A stretch of 64,000 nt of DNA from an uncultured Methanosarcinaceae archaeon (GCA_963733675.1 CAVTET010000003.1:160001-224000), one strand, 5' to 3'. Positions 25,479 through 36,742 are shown, numbered from the stretch's first letter. Made by a program: numbers and translations. Notes: generated from the letters alone by a model not told the origin.

Positions 25479-26606
25479 ATGACGCAGTATAAGATTCCGG
25501 TTCTACCAGGTGACGGAATAGGGCCAGAAGTCATCTTCGAAGGCAGAAAAGTCATAGATGCAGCCGGTGAAAGATTTGGTTTTGATATAGAATGGATTGA
25601 ATACCCGCATGGAGCAGACCATTACCTCGAAACAGGAGAATTGATTTCTGAAGGGACCTTAAAAGAATTATCCTGCTACCCTGCCATTTACCTCGGCTCC
25701 ATTGGAGACCCGAGGATTGCTCCAGGAATTCTTGAGAAGGGAATCTTATTAACTGCACGCTTTTATTTTGATCAGTATGTCAATCTTCGCCCGATAAAGC
25801 TCCTCGACGGAGTCTGGACCCCGCTCAAAGACAAGACATCAAAAGATATCGACTTCGTGGTGGTCAGGGAAAACACAGAAGATTTCTATGTTGGAATAGG
25901 TGGCAGGGCTAAAAAAGGCGAGAGCGAAGATGTTCTCGAAGTTAAAAGGACGCTCTACTCAGCAAAATTTGGCCTTGATATCGAGACTGACAGTGAAGAA
26001 ATAGGGTATCAGATAGGCCTGATTTCCAAAGAAGGCACAAAAAGAGTAATAGAGTATGCCTTTTCCATTGCCGAAAATCGAAAAAAACACGTCTCATCCG
26101 TGGACAAAGCAAATGTCCTTTCCGACATTTACGGCTTATGGAGAGAAGAATTTAACACGATATCTGCAAAAAATCCGTCAATTAAAACTGATTTCAATTT
26201 CGTTGACGCTATTACCATGTGGTTTGTGAAAAACCCAGAATGGTTTGATGTTGTCGTAACCCCGAACATGTTCGGAGATATAATCACCGACCTCGGAGCA
26301 ATTATTCAGGGCGGTCTTGGCCTCGCTCCCGGAGGGAACATTAATCCGAAAGGCACAAGTATGTTCGAGCCCATTCATGGCTCTGCCCCCAAATATCAGA
26401 ATCAGAATAAAGTCAACCCGATTGCAACAATCTGGGCAGGTTCTATGCTCATCGAGCAACTAGGGGAAAAGGAAGCTGCAGACGCAATAGTGAATGAAAT
26501 CCAGGGAAATCTTCTTGAAAGCATAGTCAAAACTTATGATATGGGTGGTAAGAGTAGCACCTCAGATGTAGGGAGCGACATTGCAAGAAGAGTTATGGAC
26601 AGTTAA
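25479..26606 (+). CDS. leuB: 3-isopropylmalate dehydrogenase (isocitrate/isopropylmalate dehydrogenase family)
   Basis: [40 protein letters not shown]; GGAGG-like RBS before ATG 25479. Confidence 0.82.
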   Translation: MTQYKIPVLPGDGIGPEVIFEGRKVIDAAGERFGFDIEWIEYPHGADHYLETGELISEGTLKELSCYPAIYLGSIGDPRIAPGILEKGILLTARFYFDQYVNLRPIKLLDGVWTPLKDKTSKDIDFVVVRENTEDFYVGIGGRAKKGESEDVLEVKRTLYSAKFGLDIETDSEEIGYQIGLISKEGTKRVIEYAFSIAENRKKHVSSVDKANVLSDIYGLWREEFNTISAKNPSIKTDFNFVDAITMWFVKNPEWFDVVVTPNMFGDIITDLGAIIQGGLGLAPGGNINPKGTSMFEPIHGSAPKYQNQNKVNPIATIWAGSMLIEQLGEKEAADAIVNEIQGNLLESIVKTYDMGGKSSTSDVGSDIARRVMDS

Positions 26607-26775
26607 TTCAAATCTTTCTTTTTTACTTTTTATTGCTTCTGTTTTTCCTGTCCATTCTTATTTTCTTTTCTTTCTTATTTCTATCGTTTTTTAGTCTCTT
26701 TTACATGCAAATTCTAGAAAATATTTAGATGGCTTCTATGGAAATATTTATAGCTTTGCGGTTTGTTTATGAATT

Positions 26776-26868
26776 TAGAGGATTTCGATAAAACCTTGAA
26801 TTTCTTCATATGCCTATAAATGGTATATCAGTGATTCGTGAAAATCAGATGTTTGTAGAAAGCCTTTA
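26776..26868 (+). repeat. MITE family A copy 3
   Basis: tagaggatttcgataaa...catatgcctataaa...cgtgaaaatcagatgtttgtagaaagccttta. Confidence 0.8.
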
Positions 26869-26905
26869 TATTATCTTAATTATGCCAAAATTCGGGAGAA
26901 AAAGT

Positions 26906-27439
26906 GTGCAGTGTGCATTATGTCGGAATAAGGAGTGCCTCAAAGGCAAAAACTGTTCTGTTATCAAATCGGGGCTTAAATTTAGTGGCGATGACCTTAA
27001 AGCAATAAAGATTTCTTCCTGGCTCGCTTCCAGTCATGTGAAAAGGACAAAGCTAGAAGAAATTACGATTTATGCAAAACGGTTGGGGTACAGAAGAATA
27101 GGAATTGCTTTTTGTATAGAATATGAAAGGGAAGCCCGGCTTGTCTACGATATTTTGTCAAGGTATTTTGAAGTGTTTTCGATTTGTTGTAAGGTTTGTG
27201 GTTTAGATAAAGCGAAGTTAGGGATTAGTGCATCGGATGATTTGGAATTAGAGGTTATCTGCAATCCTATAGGACAAGCTCTTCTTCTGAACGATGACTT
27301 TACCGATCTAAATATTATTCTTGGGCTCAAAACAGGGTATGATATTCTTTTTATAAAATACTCTGAAGTTCCTTCGATAACCCTTCCTATTCAGGAATTA
27401 CCTCAGTTATGGGATTCAGGAATCGATATTATTGAATGA
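26906..27439 (+). CDS. DUF1847 family putative metal-binding protein
   Basis: (M)QCALCRNKEC, RIGIAFC, SICCKVCG, CNPIGQA; GGAGA RBS before GTG. Confidence 0.85.
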   Translation: MQCALCRNKECLKGKNCSVIKSGLKFSGDDLKAIKISSWLASSHVKRTKLEEITIYAKRLGYRRIGIAFCIEYEREARLVYDILSRYFEVFSICCKVCGLDKAKLGISASDDLELEVICNPIGQALLLNDDFTDLNIILGLKTGYDILFIKYSEVPSITLPIQELPQLWDSGIDIIE

Positions 27440-27619
27440 ACGATACTAGATTGTTTTTTTTGAGTCAAAATTCCGGGAAAATACATGATCAAAAAATCTA
27501 AGCGTGCATCTTGATCTGGTTTCTATACTGGCTCTGAATACTTGAAAATCAGAGCTCAAATTTCTGTTATATTCAGGGATTTAAGTGTTATGGTATAGTT
27601 AGACTTTTGTACCCAATAT

Positions 27620-27743
27620 GAAGACAATGATTTAGGAAATCAAGGCTTTCCCTTCAGGGTTTATCAAGATTTCGGCAGAATACGATTATATATGTATTGC
27701 CTGTTTTAGCAAGAGGGAATGCTTGATTTCTAAATCAGTCTTC
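27620..27743. repeat. MITE-like element C with ~30 bp imperfect TIRs
   Basis: gaagacaatgatttaggaaatcaaggctttccct ... agggaatgcttgatttctaaatcagtcttc. Confidence 0.65.
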
Positions 27744-28139
27744 TCTCGCATGATCAGGAATATGGATATTGTTTTTAGGAGTAATGTAAAAAGCCAATAA
27801 GTGACTAGTGATAGATGAAGAATAATCTTCCAGTTTAATGAATTTGAAAATAAATAGTGCCTCCTATGTTATCAATATCTGCAAAACCTTTGAATTAAAA
27901 TATGAGCTTATATGGTGTGCATAGACTGAGATACAAAATCTAAAGGATTTCATAAATTTCTAAATTTTGTTCATGCTTAGAAATGCTAAGTAAATGATTC
28001 GTTAAAGTTAGAGGTCTACCGGAACTCTCTATAATTCAACATGAAAGTACGTACTAAACAGGCTCCTAAAGTACTTTCGTGATCATTTTTCTATAACTAA
28101 ATTATTTCACTAATTATTTTTATAGCTTATAACTGCGAA

Positions 28140-28860
28140 TAACTCAGTCTCAACAATTTTCTTTATTTGAATTTCTTCCTTTTGACTCCTTGTCTAGTAT
28201 TCTTATATTTCACATTTGTAATCTCATGCCATATAATTGTGGTAATTCTCCTTTTCAGAGCAATAATTTCCTCAGCATGTCCAAATAATCTCTTCCTCAG
28301 GTTAAAAAAATTTTAGGTTACTATTCCTTTTTCTTGCCGCTGCGTTAAAATTTGCGTTCGAATTCACTTTACTATCTCTAATTTTTTTTCTGTGATTCTC
28401 CAGTTATAGATTTTGTCCGTAAGTTGGTATAATCTCACAGCGGCTACAAGTTATGAAGCAAGCTTGTGTGCTGAAGAAAAATCCTTAAAATTATCGATTT
28501 AAGCAATTAGAATTTCTGCATCAATTTATTCAATACTCGGAGCGAATTAAAATTTTCATACCATTTTTATGCTTTCAATAAATATAATTACAATCATCAC
28601 TCTTCAAAGTTTTTAATTTAACATCAAGATATTTTCTAAGATTCAGATTAGTCTGAAATATAACTATAGCGCTTTGAGATATTTCTATGTCCAAAAACTC
28701 ACTTCTATGATTTTGTTTAGAATATTGGAAAAAGGCTTTCCATATTCTAATCAATGCTCTCACCGAAGAGACTCCTAGTAAAATAATTCTGCGATTTTTA
28801 CCAAAAATATCTACCAACACATAATTTAAATTCAACAGTTCCAGATGCAAAAATGGAGAT
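28140..28860 (-). mobile_element. IS110-family transposase relic
   Basis: VLVDIFGK, IDNFKDFSSAHKLAS, AARKRNS, ITTIIWH fragments. Confidence 0.75.
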
Positions 28861-29677
28861 GAACCTCATTTTTTTGGATCTATTTTTTTGTGCAAATTTA
28901 TGGGAAAGCCTAACATAAAATAGAAATTCGATATGATATGTTGGGAAAATTTTGATGGCTGAAGCACGTTATTAAGCACAAGTTGTGCAATGAATTTTGA
29001 ATCTACTTTACTATCTTTATACGCATAAATGTCTCAAATTTCTTGTATCCTCAACTATAATAGATATGATTTATCAATGAATCCTAAATAGAATCCAAGA
29101 GTCAATTGTTGATTCCCTGCAGCAACATTACATTTTTCTGATATAACCCAAAATCTTAAGAGCTCAAATTCAATCATAATCTCTACCGAAACGTTGCTTC
29201 TGTTTTTCACTTGATATATGAGGATAGTAGCAATGAAAAACCTTAACTATTCAGCCTACCTAAAATTAGCTGGAATATATTTTTTGACGCAATGGAGACT
29301 TTTGATTACTAACTAAGGGGAAAATAGAAAACAGGATCAATAGCTGAAAGTTAAATAAATTTACCCACCGAAATTTGCCAAGTGAATCTTAATAAAGATG
29401 CTTGTTTATATTGTTTTTCCTGGCTGAATAGTTAATCAAAAATGTTTGGTAATGTCTAAACCACAAGACTTGTCTACTATTTTTAAAAATGCGAATCATC
29501 ATTTTATTGAGCTGTGGCATTGACTAAAAACAAATTTAATATATGTGATCAAAATCATATTTGAGCCATCGATGACAATTCATTGATTAGTTTTTAGACT
29601 ATTTGAACACCAAATTTAGAATAAACATCCTGCCCAAAATAAAAATAGAGTCGATGTTTAAAAAAAGGTTAAATTGA

Positions 29678-30676
29678 GGCTCTGTAGAAATCCTCTAAAT
29701 TGATGCAAATTATTTCTACAACTTTTTTGTCTATGTTGTACACTATGAGTTTTAAGTTTAATTTCCTTTACTTGATTACGGAACTTTCTTGCCCGAAGTA
29801 TTTCTCCAAACTTCTTTTTCACTACAGAGAATGTTGTCTCTGCCATATTCCTTTGATTGTATTTAATTTTGTCAAAGACCAGATGTAATTGTTTTCTATA
29901 TTTTCCCCCGACTTTCTTCCTTTTTCTCTGCCTTAAAGGTATAATTGAGTCTGCCTTCATTTTTCTCTAATTAGAGCATGAATCGTTTCAGAATCATACC
30001 CTTTATCCATCACATAACATTCAGACCTTCTTATCCTATTTGATTTCTTATCAGAGCATTTGCATGTTTAATCTCGTGATCTGTTTTTTGACTGATTTTC
30101 CATCCTAATATTACCATTTTATTTGTGTCTACCGATATTGAAGTTTTCAGGAAGCTTTTTCGAAGCTTCCCTGTTCTGCGGGAATAATAATAACTTGCGT
30201 AGGAACTCGTAAATCCTATTGCATCAATCGCTGTAATAGAGACATTTTCTCCATGTGAGTAAAATAGCTTTAGAATCCTTGACAAAATGAGGTTAAACAG
30301 GGAAGAAAGAATTCTTGATACAAACTTTTGAAGAGTAGTGAACTGTGGAATCTTATCAAGATCAAGTTTTTTATACAGTTTATAGGGTCAATAAGTTCTA
30401 CAAAATCACGATAGTCTGTGCTTATATACTCCTTCACTAAAACAAGAACAAGAAGCTGATGCTGAGTATAAACATGTTTGGAATATTTGCAGGAATAAAG
30501 CTTCAGTCTCGAAGACTGAACAGTTTCAAGGCTAGCATCAACAAATTTAATGTATTTATTCGATTTCAATATTGAGTGTTCCTTCGTTGTTGTGGGGAAA
30601 AATAAGGAGTTATATTATAACATAATAGCTATAAAATATAGTGTAGAAATTCAATTTAGAGGATTTCTACAGAGCC
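29678..30676 (-). mobile_element. IS5-family element (ISH1-like group), frameshifted transposase
   Basis: 26-bp perfect TIR GGCTCTGTAGAAATCCTCTAAATTGA, 8-bp TSD TAAATTGA; motifs YTQHQLL, AIDAIGF, DKGYDSE, YNQRNMAETTFS. Confidence 0.92.
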
Positions 30677-30819
30677 TAAATTGAAAAATACTTATATTAT
30701 TTGTGACTGCTATTCGAAGAGTTTCATATTTGTTTTGAGTTTAAGAAAAGTGAAATGAAATTTATTTTTGTGTTACTTATTTTTATTCCTAACATCTTAC
30801 TTCAAAACCTTTAGCTTTA

Positions 30820-31713
30820 TCATTTATTAATTTCATTGATTTTTGCAATAAATTCAGTGTTCTGAATTGCATTTTGTAATATACCCAGTTCTTCTGGAGA
30901 AAAGCCGAGCGCAAGTCCAAGAAGCTGAGAATAGTGAAGTACAGGAATCGAGTAATTTGTTCCGAATTTCTCATTGACTGCAAGCTGTCCCCTGTCAAAC
31001 TGGAGATGGCAGAAGGGACATGCATTGACAATACAATCCACATCTGCCTTCTGAATGCAGGCAAGTTTACGCTCAAGTATTTCCATGGATTCTGTGGCGT
31101 GTCCTGAACGTACTCCACCTCCTGCCCCGCAACAGATCATTTTGTCTTTGTAGTCCACGCTTTTTGGACCTATGGCTTCAACAAGCTCGTCAAAGAAAAC
31201 TGGATACTCCGTTTCTCCAAGATTTCGGTCTTTTGATGGTTTTATCAGGTGACATCCATAGTGAAGAGCCACTTTCAAGTTAAGGGGCCTTGTAATATAG
31301 TCCTTGAGTTTATCAGGCCCAAACTCCTTATATAGAAACTCGATTATATGCCTTATTTCTATAGTTCCCTTAAATTCCATGCCAATTCTTTTCAAGCAGC
31401 TGTTTGTATAGGCTTTCATTTCGGGATCCTTTTTCAGTTCCATGTTAGCATCTGCCAGGGAGCTATAGCAGCCATTACAGATTGTCAGGATATCCCTTCC
31501 TAGTTTTTCAGATAGAACTATGTTTCGGCTTGCTAAGGCAAGCCATGTTGCTTTGTCAAAGGACTTGAACACCCCAGGTGCAGGGCAACAAGAGGCACCT
31601 GGCAAATCGCAAGCATCTACCCCAAGCTTCTGCAGGCAGAGCTTCGTTGCTTTCTCAATTCCTGGGTAACGGTTAGGTACGATGCAGCCAAGAAAAAGCG
31701 ATAGTTTTGCCAT
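30820..31713 (-). CDS. hdrB: CoB-CoM heterodisulfide reductase subunit B (probably HdrB2 type)
   Basis: FLGC, SCCPAPG, CNGC, HYGCH, CCGAGGGVRS, CPFCHLQFDRGQ. Confidence 0.95.
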   Translation of the reverse strand: MAKLSLFLGCIVPNRYPGIEKATKLCLQKLGVDACDLPGASCCPAPGVFKSFDKATWLALASRNIVLSEKLGRDILTICNGCYSSLADANMELKKDPEMKAYTNSCLKRIGMEFKGTIEIRHIIEFLYKEFGPDKLKDYITRPLNLKVALHYGCHLIKPSKDRNLGETEYPVFFDELVEAIGPKSVDYKDKMICCGAGGGVRSGHATESMEILERKLACIQKADVDCIVNACPFCHLQFDRGQLAVNEKFGTNYSIPVLHYSQLLGLALGFSPEELGILQNAIQNTEFIAKINEINK

Positions 31714-31725
31714 AAATTCTACTCC

Positions 31726-31890
31726 TTATTTTTCAGCCATCAGCTTGCCAAATTCACAAACTATGGAAAGGGTTTTTAGTTCTTCGTGGGCTTCCATATA
31801 CTTATGTGTAGTCTCAAATATGGATTCAAGTTCTATATTTTCCATTTTTTTCTGCATTCTTCGTCTAAAGGAACTGCTGTGCGTACTGCA
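31726..31890 (-). pseudogene. hdrC: hdrC C-terminal remnant
   Basis: AVPLDEECRKKMENIELESIFETTHKYMEAHEELKTLSIVCEFGKLMAEK* directly upstream of hdrB; ferredoxin motifs are gone. Confidence 0.75.
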
Positions 31891-31894
31891 TCAC

Positions 31895-32700
31895 TATTTA
31901 TATTTAGATGCCATATATGCAATTTTTCTTGCTAGAGCATTAATCGCTTTTGAGAATCCAATTGATTTCTTATTTCGGCATTTTTTTAATTTGCTATTGT
32001 CCTTTCTTGCCACTGCCTGAGCAATCTGCGTTCGAATCCACCTTGCTACTTTTGATCATCTCGTTATGATTCTGCAGTTGTAGAATTTATCAGCATATTG
32101 GCATACATTAGGAACGCCTCAAACCATTATGCAAGTTTATCTTCTGAAGGAAAATCCGTGGAATTGCAAATTTCAATAATCAGAGTTGATGTATCAAGTT
32201 CCCTAATAATCGGAAATGTTATTGAAATTTCCATTTAGATTTTATGCTTTCTATAAGCATAATTGAAAATTTATGTATCTAAAGCTTCGATATTGTAGTT
32301 AAGTTGTTTTATAGATCCAGACATGTCGAGAATCTCAATGCTGCGCTTTGAGATCTATCTGTGTCCAGGATCTCTCTTATCTGAACATTTTTTCTACGAA
32401 CATCTGTCGAAGAGGTTTTTATTATCTAAGCAACCCTTTTACCTGAAGAGATTCGTGATATAATTTTTTTGTCATTCTTGTCAAAAATTTCTGTAAACAC
32501 ATCATTTAGGTCAATATCTCAGGTAAGAAGTAGAATGACCTTAATTATATATATCTGCTCTTTCTTTATAACTATTCACCTCACCAAAAATTGGTTGGCT
32601 GATTCTATTTTGACGTAATATAATCTTTTGATTCCTAGATGATATGTGTGTAAAAAAATGATCAATAGCTTACAGTTAAAGAAAATAAGATTATCAAAAT
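31895..32700 (-). mobile_element. IS110-family transposase relic
   Basis: VPNVCQYADKFYN, SKVARWIRTQIAQAVARK, KKSIGFSKAINALARKIA. Confidence 0.8.
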
Positions 32701-33037
32701 CTGCTCAGTTAATCATAGTGAAAATGATTATTTGTTTATTCTTCCCAGGTTTAGCAGTTGCCTTTTTTGTACAAGTCTATGGAGAATCTTGACATGAAAA
32801 ACTAAATTCGCTATAATATTTTGAAAAATGTTGTATCTGAATCATTTTATTAGCCGAGGTGTGCAATAAATTCTGAATTGACCTTATTTCTATTTTCATG
32901 CGTAAAAGCTTTCATATCTAATGTGTTTCAAACTAGAAAATGTAGATGATTTATCTACCATAAGGAGGATCCTTATTTGGGATAAATTACTAGATTTTCT
33001 TTATACAAGCATGCTTTCTTTCAGATTATATCTTTGA

Positions 33038-33244
33038 TTACATTATAAGACATTTATTACCTCTTTTAAATGCCTTTCTAATAATATATTTAAGTTCTTT
33101 GCGCATAGGTCGCTCCTGAAGATATGAATCATGTATATATTTTAGCACAACTCCTGCAATCAAACCCAAAATTATTCCAGCTACTATCCCCATTAATGTT
33201 CCCATTAACAGACTACCATATATATATTTCTCTGTCAGTTTTAT
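33038..33244 (-). CDS. Small single-TM protein (start codon possibly mutated to ATA)
   Basis: GAGGGG RBS then IKLTEKYIYGSLLMGTLMGIVAGIILGLIAGVVLKY...; 68 open codons. Confidence 0.45.
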   Translation of the reverse strand: MKLTEKYIYGSLLMGTLMGIVAGIILGLIAGVVLKYIHDSYLQERPMRKELKYIIRKAFKRGNKCLIM

Positions 33245-33698
33245 ACCCCTCTTAATATTCTATTTATTTTTATCAATTAAATTTCAACCTTAAATACATT
33301 AACGGAATTATTTGTTCGCTTTAAAGTAGTTTTTGGTAGGGTATTGGAAATATAAGTGATGTTATGACTTCAAAGTTTTTCAAGTTTTCTTCGCCGATTA
33401 CCCAAGTTAATGTAATTAAATAGTAAGAAAACCATAGGCGAATTTTAGTAAATCATTTTGATATCGATTCTTAATTGAGAAAGATCTTGCAATTTTGGGA
33501 CATACGAATAAGATTGAAGCTTCCAGTTAATTAATTTATCAGGTTTCAATGACTTCCATGAAATATTTGGGTATAAATGTTAAATTATATAAATACAAAC
33601 CAGATCCAACATTTTTACTCTTGAAAGTTATAACCAGCTTGAAAAAAATAACAATGCACTGCTAAGATTCATTTTATTAAGTTATTGGAGGCTTCTTG

Positions 33699-33863
33699 AT
33701 GGATTTGATTATTGATGATGAATTCAAAACATTGATTTCACCTTTATCCACCAATGAATCCCAAATCCTTGAAAAGAGTATACTTAACGAAGGATGTGAA
33801 GATCCATTTGTTTATAATATGACATCATCATATATCGATATAATCTTTGTAAAATTTGTGTAA
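33699..33863 (+). pseudogene. ParB/Srx-like N-terminal domain relic (MGE type)
   Basis: GGAGG RBS; MDLIIDDEFKTLISPLSTNESQILEKSILNEGCEDP resembles the 'IDPEF..LIPPL..EE...LE.SI..EG..DP' motif. Confidence 0.65.
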
Positions 33864-34539
33864 AAATAAACACTAAAATTCTACACTTTTAAACATACTC
33901 TGATTCACGTTTAGACTCATATTATTAATTAATTACAGATAATTCCAATAAACCCCTATATTTTGTCCCATTTTTATAAATAGACATGCCAGATTCTTTA
34001 AAGTAAAAGGTCATTAAAACTTTCTATAACTGAAAAAAACATATCCATTTCTAAATGTAAATTTTTGCGTTTAATCATCTGACATATATATATAGTACTT
34101 AATAAGGGGATGCGGTAGAAATTCTCCTCTATTTCTCTTTTTCTTTGATTCTTTTATTTACTTTGGATTCATGATCGTTCTAGAGATGTATGTGATTGAT
34201 GATAAATCCATTTTTGCAGGTTTTTGATGTATTATTTTTTTTTTGCGGGACAGAATTTAATATAAATAAATTTTATATTTAGTATAATATAGATAAGTAA
34301 ATATATTTCTATATGTATTATATTCTTCAGATAATAATATTCTGACGATACAAATGAAATCATCTTCCTTGATATCTAAGTCGATGATCTAATTTACCAA
34401 TATCGTAGACTCAGGGCTTAATATGGATGATTAATTGGTGAATATTCCTTATGTGATGGATCGCCGACAGGAAGCTGATCGAAAAATCAACAGTCTTAAG
34501 ACTGTATTAAATTGAGCGAAAGTTAGGAGAGTGTTAATA

Positions 34540-35280
34540 ATGGGGAAACAAATTTTTGGAAGAATAAAAAATACATTGACCATCTTGTTGGCAATATCTT
34601 TCATAATACCAATGACAGTTCTATCAGTAAGGGCTGATCAAAGTGATGCATTTGGAGATGAAAATGGAACATATGGCCCCGGATATTTTGGACCTGGAGA
34701 CTTTGGACCTGGAATCTGTGGACCCGGAAACTTTGGACCTGGATACTTCTGTGGACCTGGATACTTTGGACCTGGAACCTGTGGACCCGGAAACATTGGA
34801 CCTGGAAACATTGGAGCTGGAAATATTGGACCTGGAAACGTTGGTTATGAAAACATTGGAGCCGTGAACATTGGAGCTGGAAATGTTGGAGCTGAAAATG
34901 TTGGAGCTGGAAATGTTGGAGCTGGAAACGTTGGAGACGGAAACGTTGGAAATGGAAACTTTGGAAATGGAAACTTTGGAAATGGAAATGTAGGAGCTGG
35001 GAATGTCGGAGCTGGAAACATTGGAGCTGGGAATGTTGGATATGGAAACATTGGAGCTGGAAACATAGGAGCTTTTAACATTGGAGCTAGAAATCTAGGA
35101 GCTGGAAGAGTTGGCGATGGATACTTCGAACAAGGATGTAGTGGGCGCAATGAAGATTTTATACCTAAGAGCCACAGGCACTTAACATCCAAGAGTCACA
35201 AACACAAATCAAAAGTTAGCGGCCACAAGTCAAAAGGGAGTGGGCATAAAACAAAAGGTCACAGTCAAGACAGACATTAA
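34540..35280 (+). CDS. Secreted G-x-G-N-x pentapeptide-repeat protein with His/Lys/Ser-rich tail
   Basis: Leader MGKQIFGRIKNTLTILLAISFIIPMTVLSVRA, about 30 pentapeptide (15-bp) repeats, tail KSHRHLTSKSHKHKSK... Confidence 0.88.
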   Translation: MGKQIFGRIKNTLTILLAISFIIPMTVLSVRADQSDAFGDENGTYGPGYFGPGDFGPGICGPGNFGPGYFCGPGYFGPGTCGPGNIGPGNIGAGNIGPGNVGYENIGAVNIGAGNVGAENVGAGNVGAGNVGDGNVGNGNFGNGNFGNGNVGAGNVGAGNIGAGNVGYGNIGAGNIGAFNIGARNLGAGRVGDGYFEQGCSGRNEDFIPKSHRHLTSKSHKHKSKVSGHKSKGSGHKTKGHSQDRH

Positions 35281-35384
35281 GAAAATTGTGATGTAGGGAG
35301 ATTTATTTGCAAACTTGCATTTTAAGAATCCTTTTAAATATCGAGCTTATCACAATAGCCATTTTGCGCTAGTCCTATTCATCT

Positions 35385-35530
35385 AGCCAACTTTTCGCAG
35401 ATGTACCAAGAATGCAAGAGATTATCCAATATGTAAGTAGGTCGAAAATTAGTCTAGTTTTCAATGAATAACAGTGTGTAAATGGGGAAATGAATTCTAC
35501 TTCTGTGTACATCTGTGGAATGTCTGTTTG
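35385..35530 (-). repeat. MITE family B copy
   Basis: Reverse complement aligns with 17609-17757. Confidence 0.75.
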
Positions 35531-35749
35531 AGCACAATTTAAGTATTGATTTGGGATTATAGATTTTGAAAATAACTTTTTTAATTTAAACAGCGCAAAT
35601 TATTGTTTTTCAAAATTATCAGATTGAAATTTTTTAAAATAATATCTTTCATATAATCTGATAATGGAAACGGAATATTGCAAAAAACACATAAATAACA
35701 TTATTTTATTTATAGTATAGATTTTTTACTAAAACGGATAACGATTCTT

Positions 35750-36742
35750 ATGTCTCGAATTGACCCATTCCTCATATCAAAGGCACTCTGGCAGATTGGA
35801 GTCAAAAAGCGTCCTTTTATCCTTTCGCACGCTTTAAATGCCCACTGCAATATGAGCTGTAGTTTTTGTGAGCACTGGAAAAAAGTAGGGGATGAGCCTA
35901 CAATTGAGGAGGTTTTTAGGCTCTTAGATAATGCAAAAGAATTTGGGATAGGGGTTTATAATGCTTGGACTGTAGAACCTCTTCTCCGAAAAGACCTGCC
36001 CGAAATTATGGCTCACGTCAAAGAGCTTGGAATGATAACTTCAATGATCACAAACGGAAAGCTGCTCTATGAAAGAGCTGAAGAGCTTGGAGATGTGGAT
36101 TATCTTTCTGTTTCCGTGGATGGAATAAAGCGATATAAGGAAATCCGGCAGATGGATTTCGAAACATTGATAAAGGGGATAAAAAAAGCCATTAAGTTTA
36201 GAAAACTCCAGAATCAGAAAAACCCTATCCTAATGAATTGCGTACTAATGGGGAAAAATCTTGAGGACATTGAAACTCTTATTTTTCTTGCAAAAGAGCT
36301 GGAACTAAAAGTTTCTTTTGAGCCTATACACAAGTTTCCAGGGATAAGTGAGGAAGTCTGGAAAGATATCGCAATCAGTGATCTCAAAAAGTTTCGTAGC
36401 ACAGTTGACCGTATAATAGAGCTTAAAGAACAAGATTATCCTATCATTAATTCCAAAACATACCTTCGAATGGTCAGAGAAGGGAAAATGAACTATAAAT
36501 GCAGAGCCAGTGGTTTTATTATAGATGTGACTCATGACTACACTCTTGAGACATGCCGCGTGCAAAACGAGCCTCTTGGAAATGTGATGTTGGATGGTCT
36601 TGAGAGTGTATGGAAAAACTCGGAAAGGCGTAGAAGCGAAATTATACAAAATTGTAAAGGTTGTCTTTTTTTTGGATATGTGGAAAATAGCTTGATTCAG
36701 AGCCTCAATCCAGAAGTTTTGATGAATTATGAATGGATTTGA
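35750..36742 (+). CDS. Radical SAM protein with C-terminal SPASM/twitch-like Cys cluster
   Basis: CNMSCSFC, EPLLRKD, ITNG, VSVDG; C-terminal CRA...TCR...CKGC. Confidence 0.9.
   Translation: MSRIDPFLISKALWQIGVKKRPFILSHALNAHCNMSCSFCEHWKKVGDEPTIEEVFRLLDNAKEFGIGVYNAWTVEPLLRKDLPEIMAHVKELGMITSMITNGKLLYERAEELGDVDYLSVSVDGIKRYKEIRQMDFETLIKGIKKAIKFRKLQNQKNPILMNCVLMGKNLEDIETLIFLAKELELKVSFEPIHKFPGISEEVWKDIAISDLKKFRSTVDRIIELKEQDYPIINSKTYLRMVREGKMNYKCRASGFIIDVTHDYTLETCRVQNEPLGNVMLDGLESVWKNSERRRSEIIQNCKGCLFFGYVENSLIQSLNPEVLMNYEWI

Noticed and set aside
26810-26905. N-terminal extension of the DUF1847 ORF
   Set aside because: The upstream ATG lies inside MITE A; the GTG at 26906 has an RBS and begins the Cys motif
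32855-33157. Apparent TIR pair gaggtgtgcaataaa / ttttagcacaactcc
   Set aside because: The right 'TIR' falls inside the small TM ORF and is probably coincidental
34666-35125. 15-bp tandem repeats as a possible CRISPR array
   Set aside because: No unique spacers; the repeats are in-frame codons of a protein; no cas genes in the window
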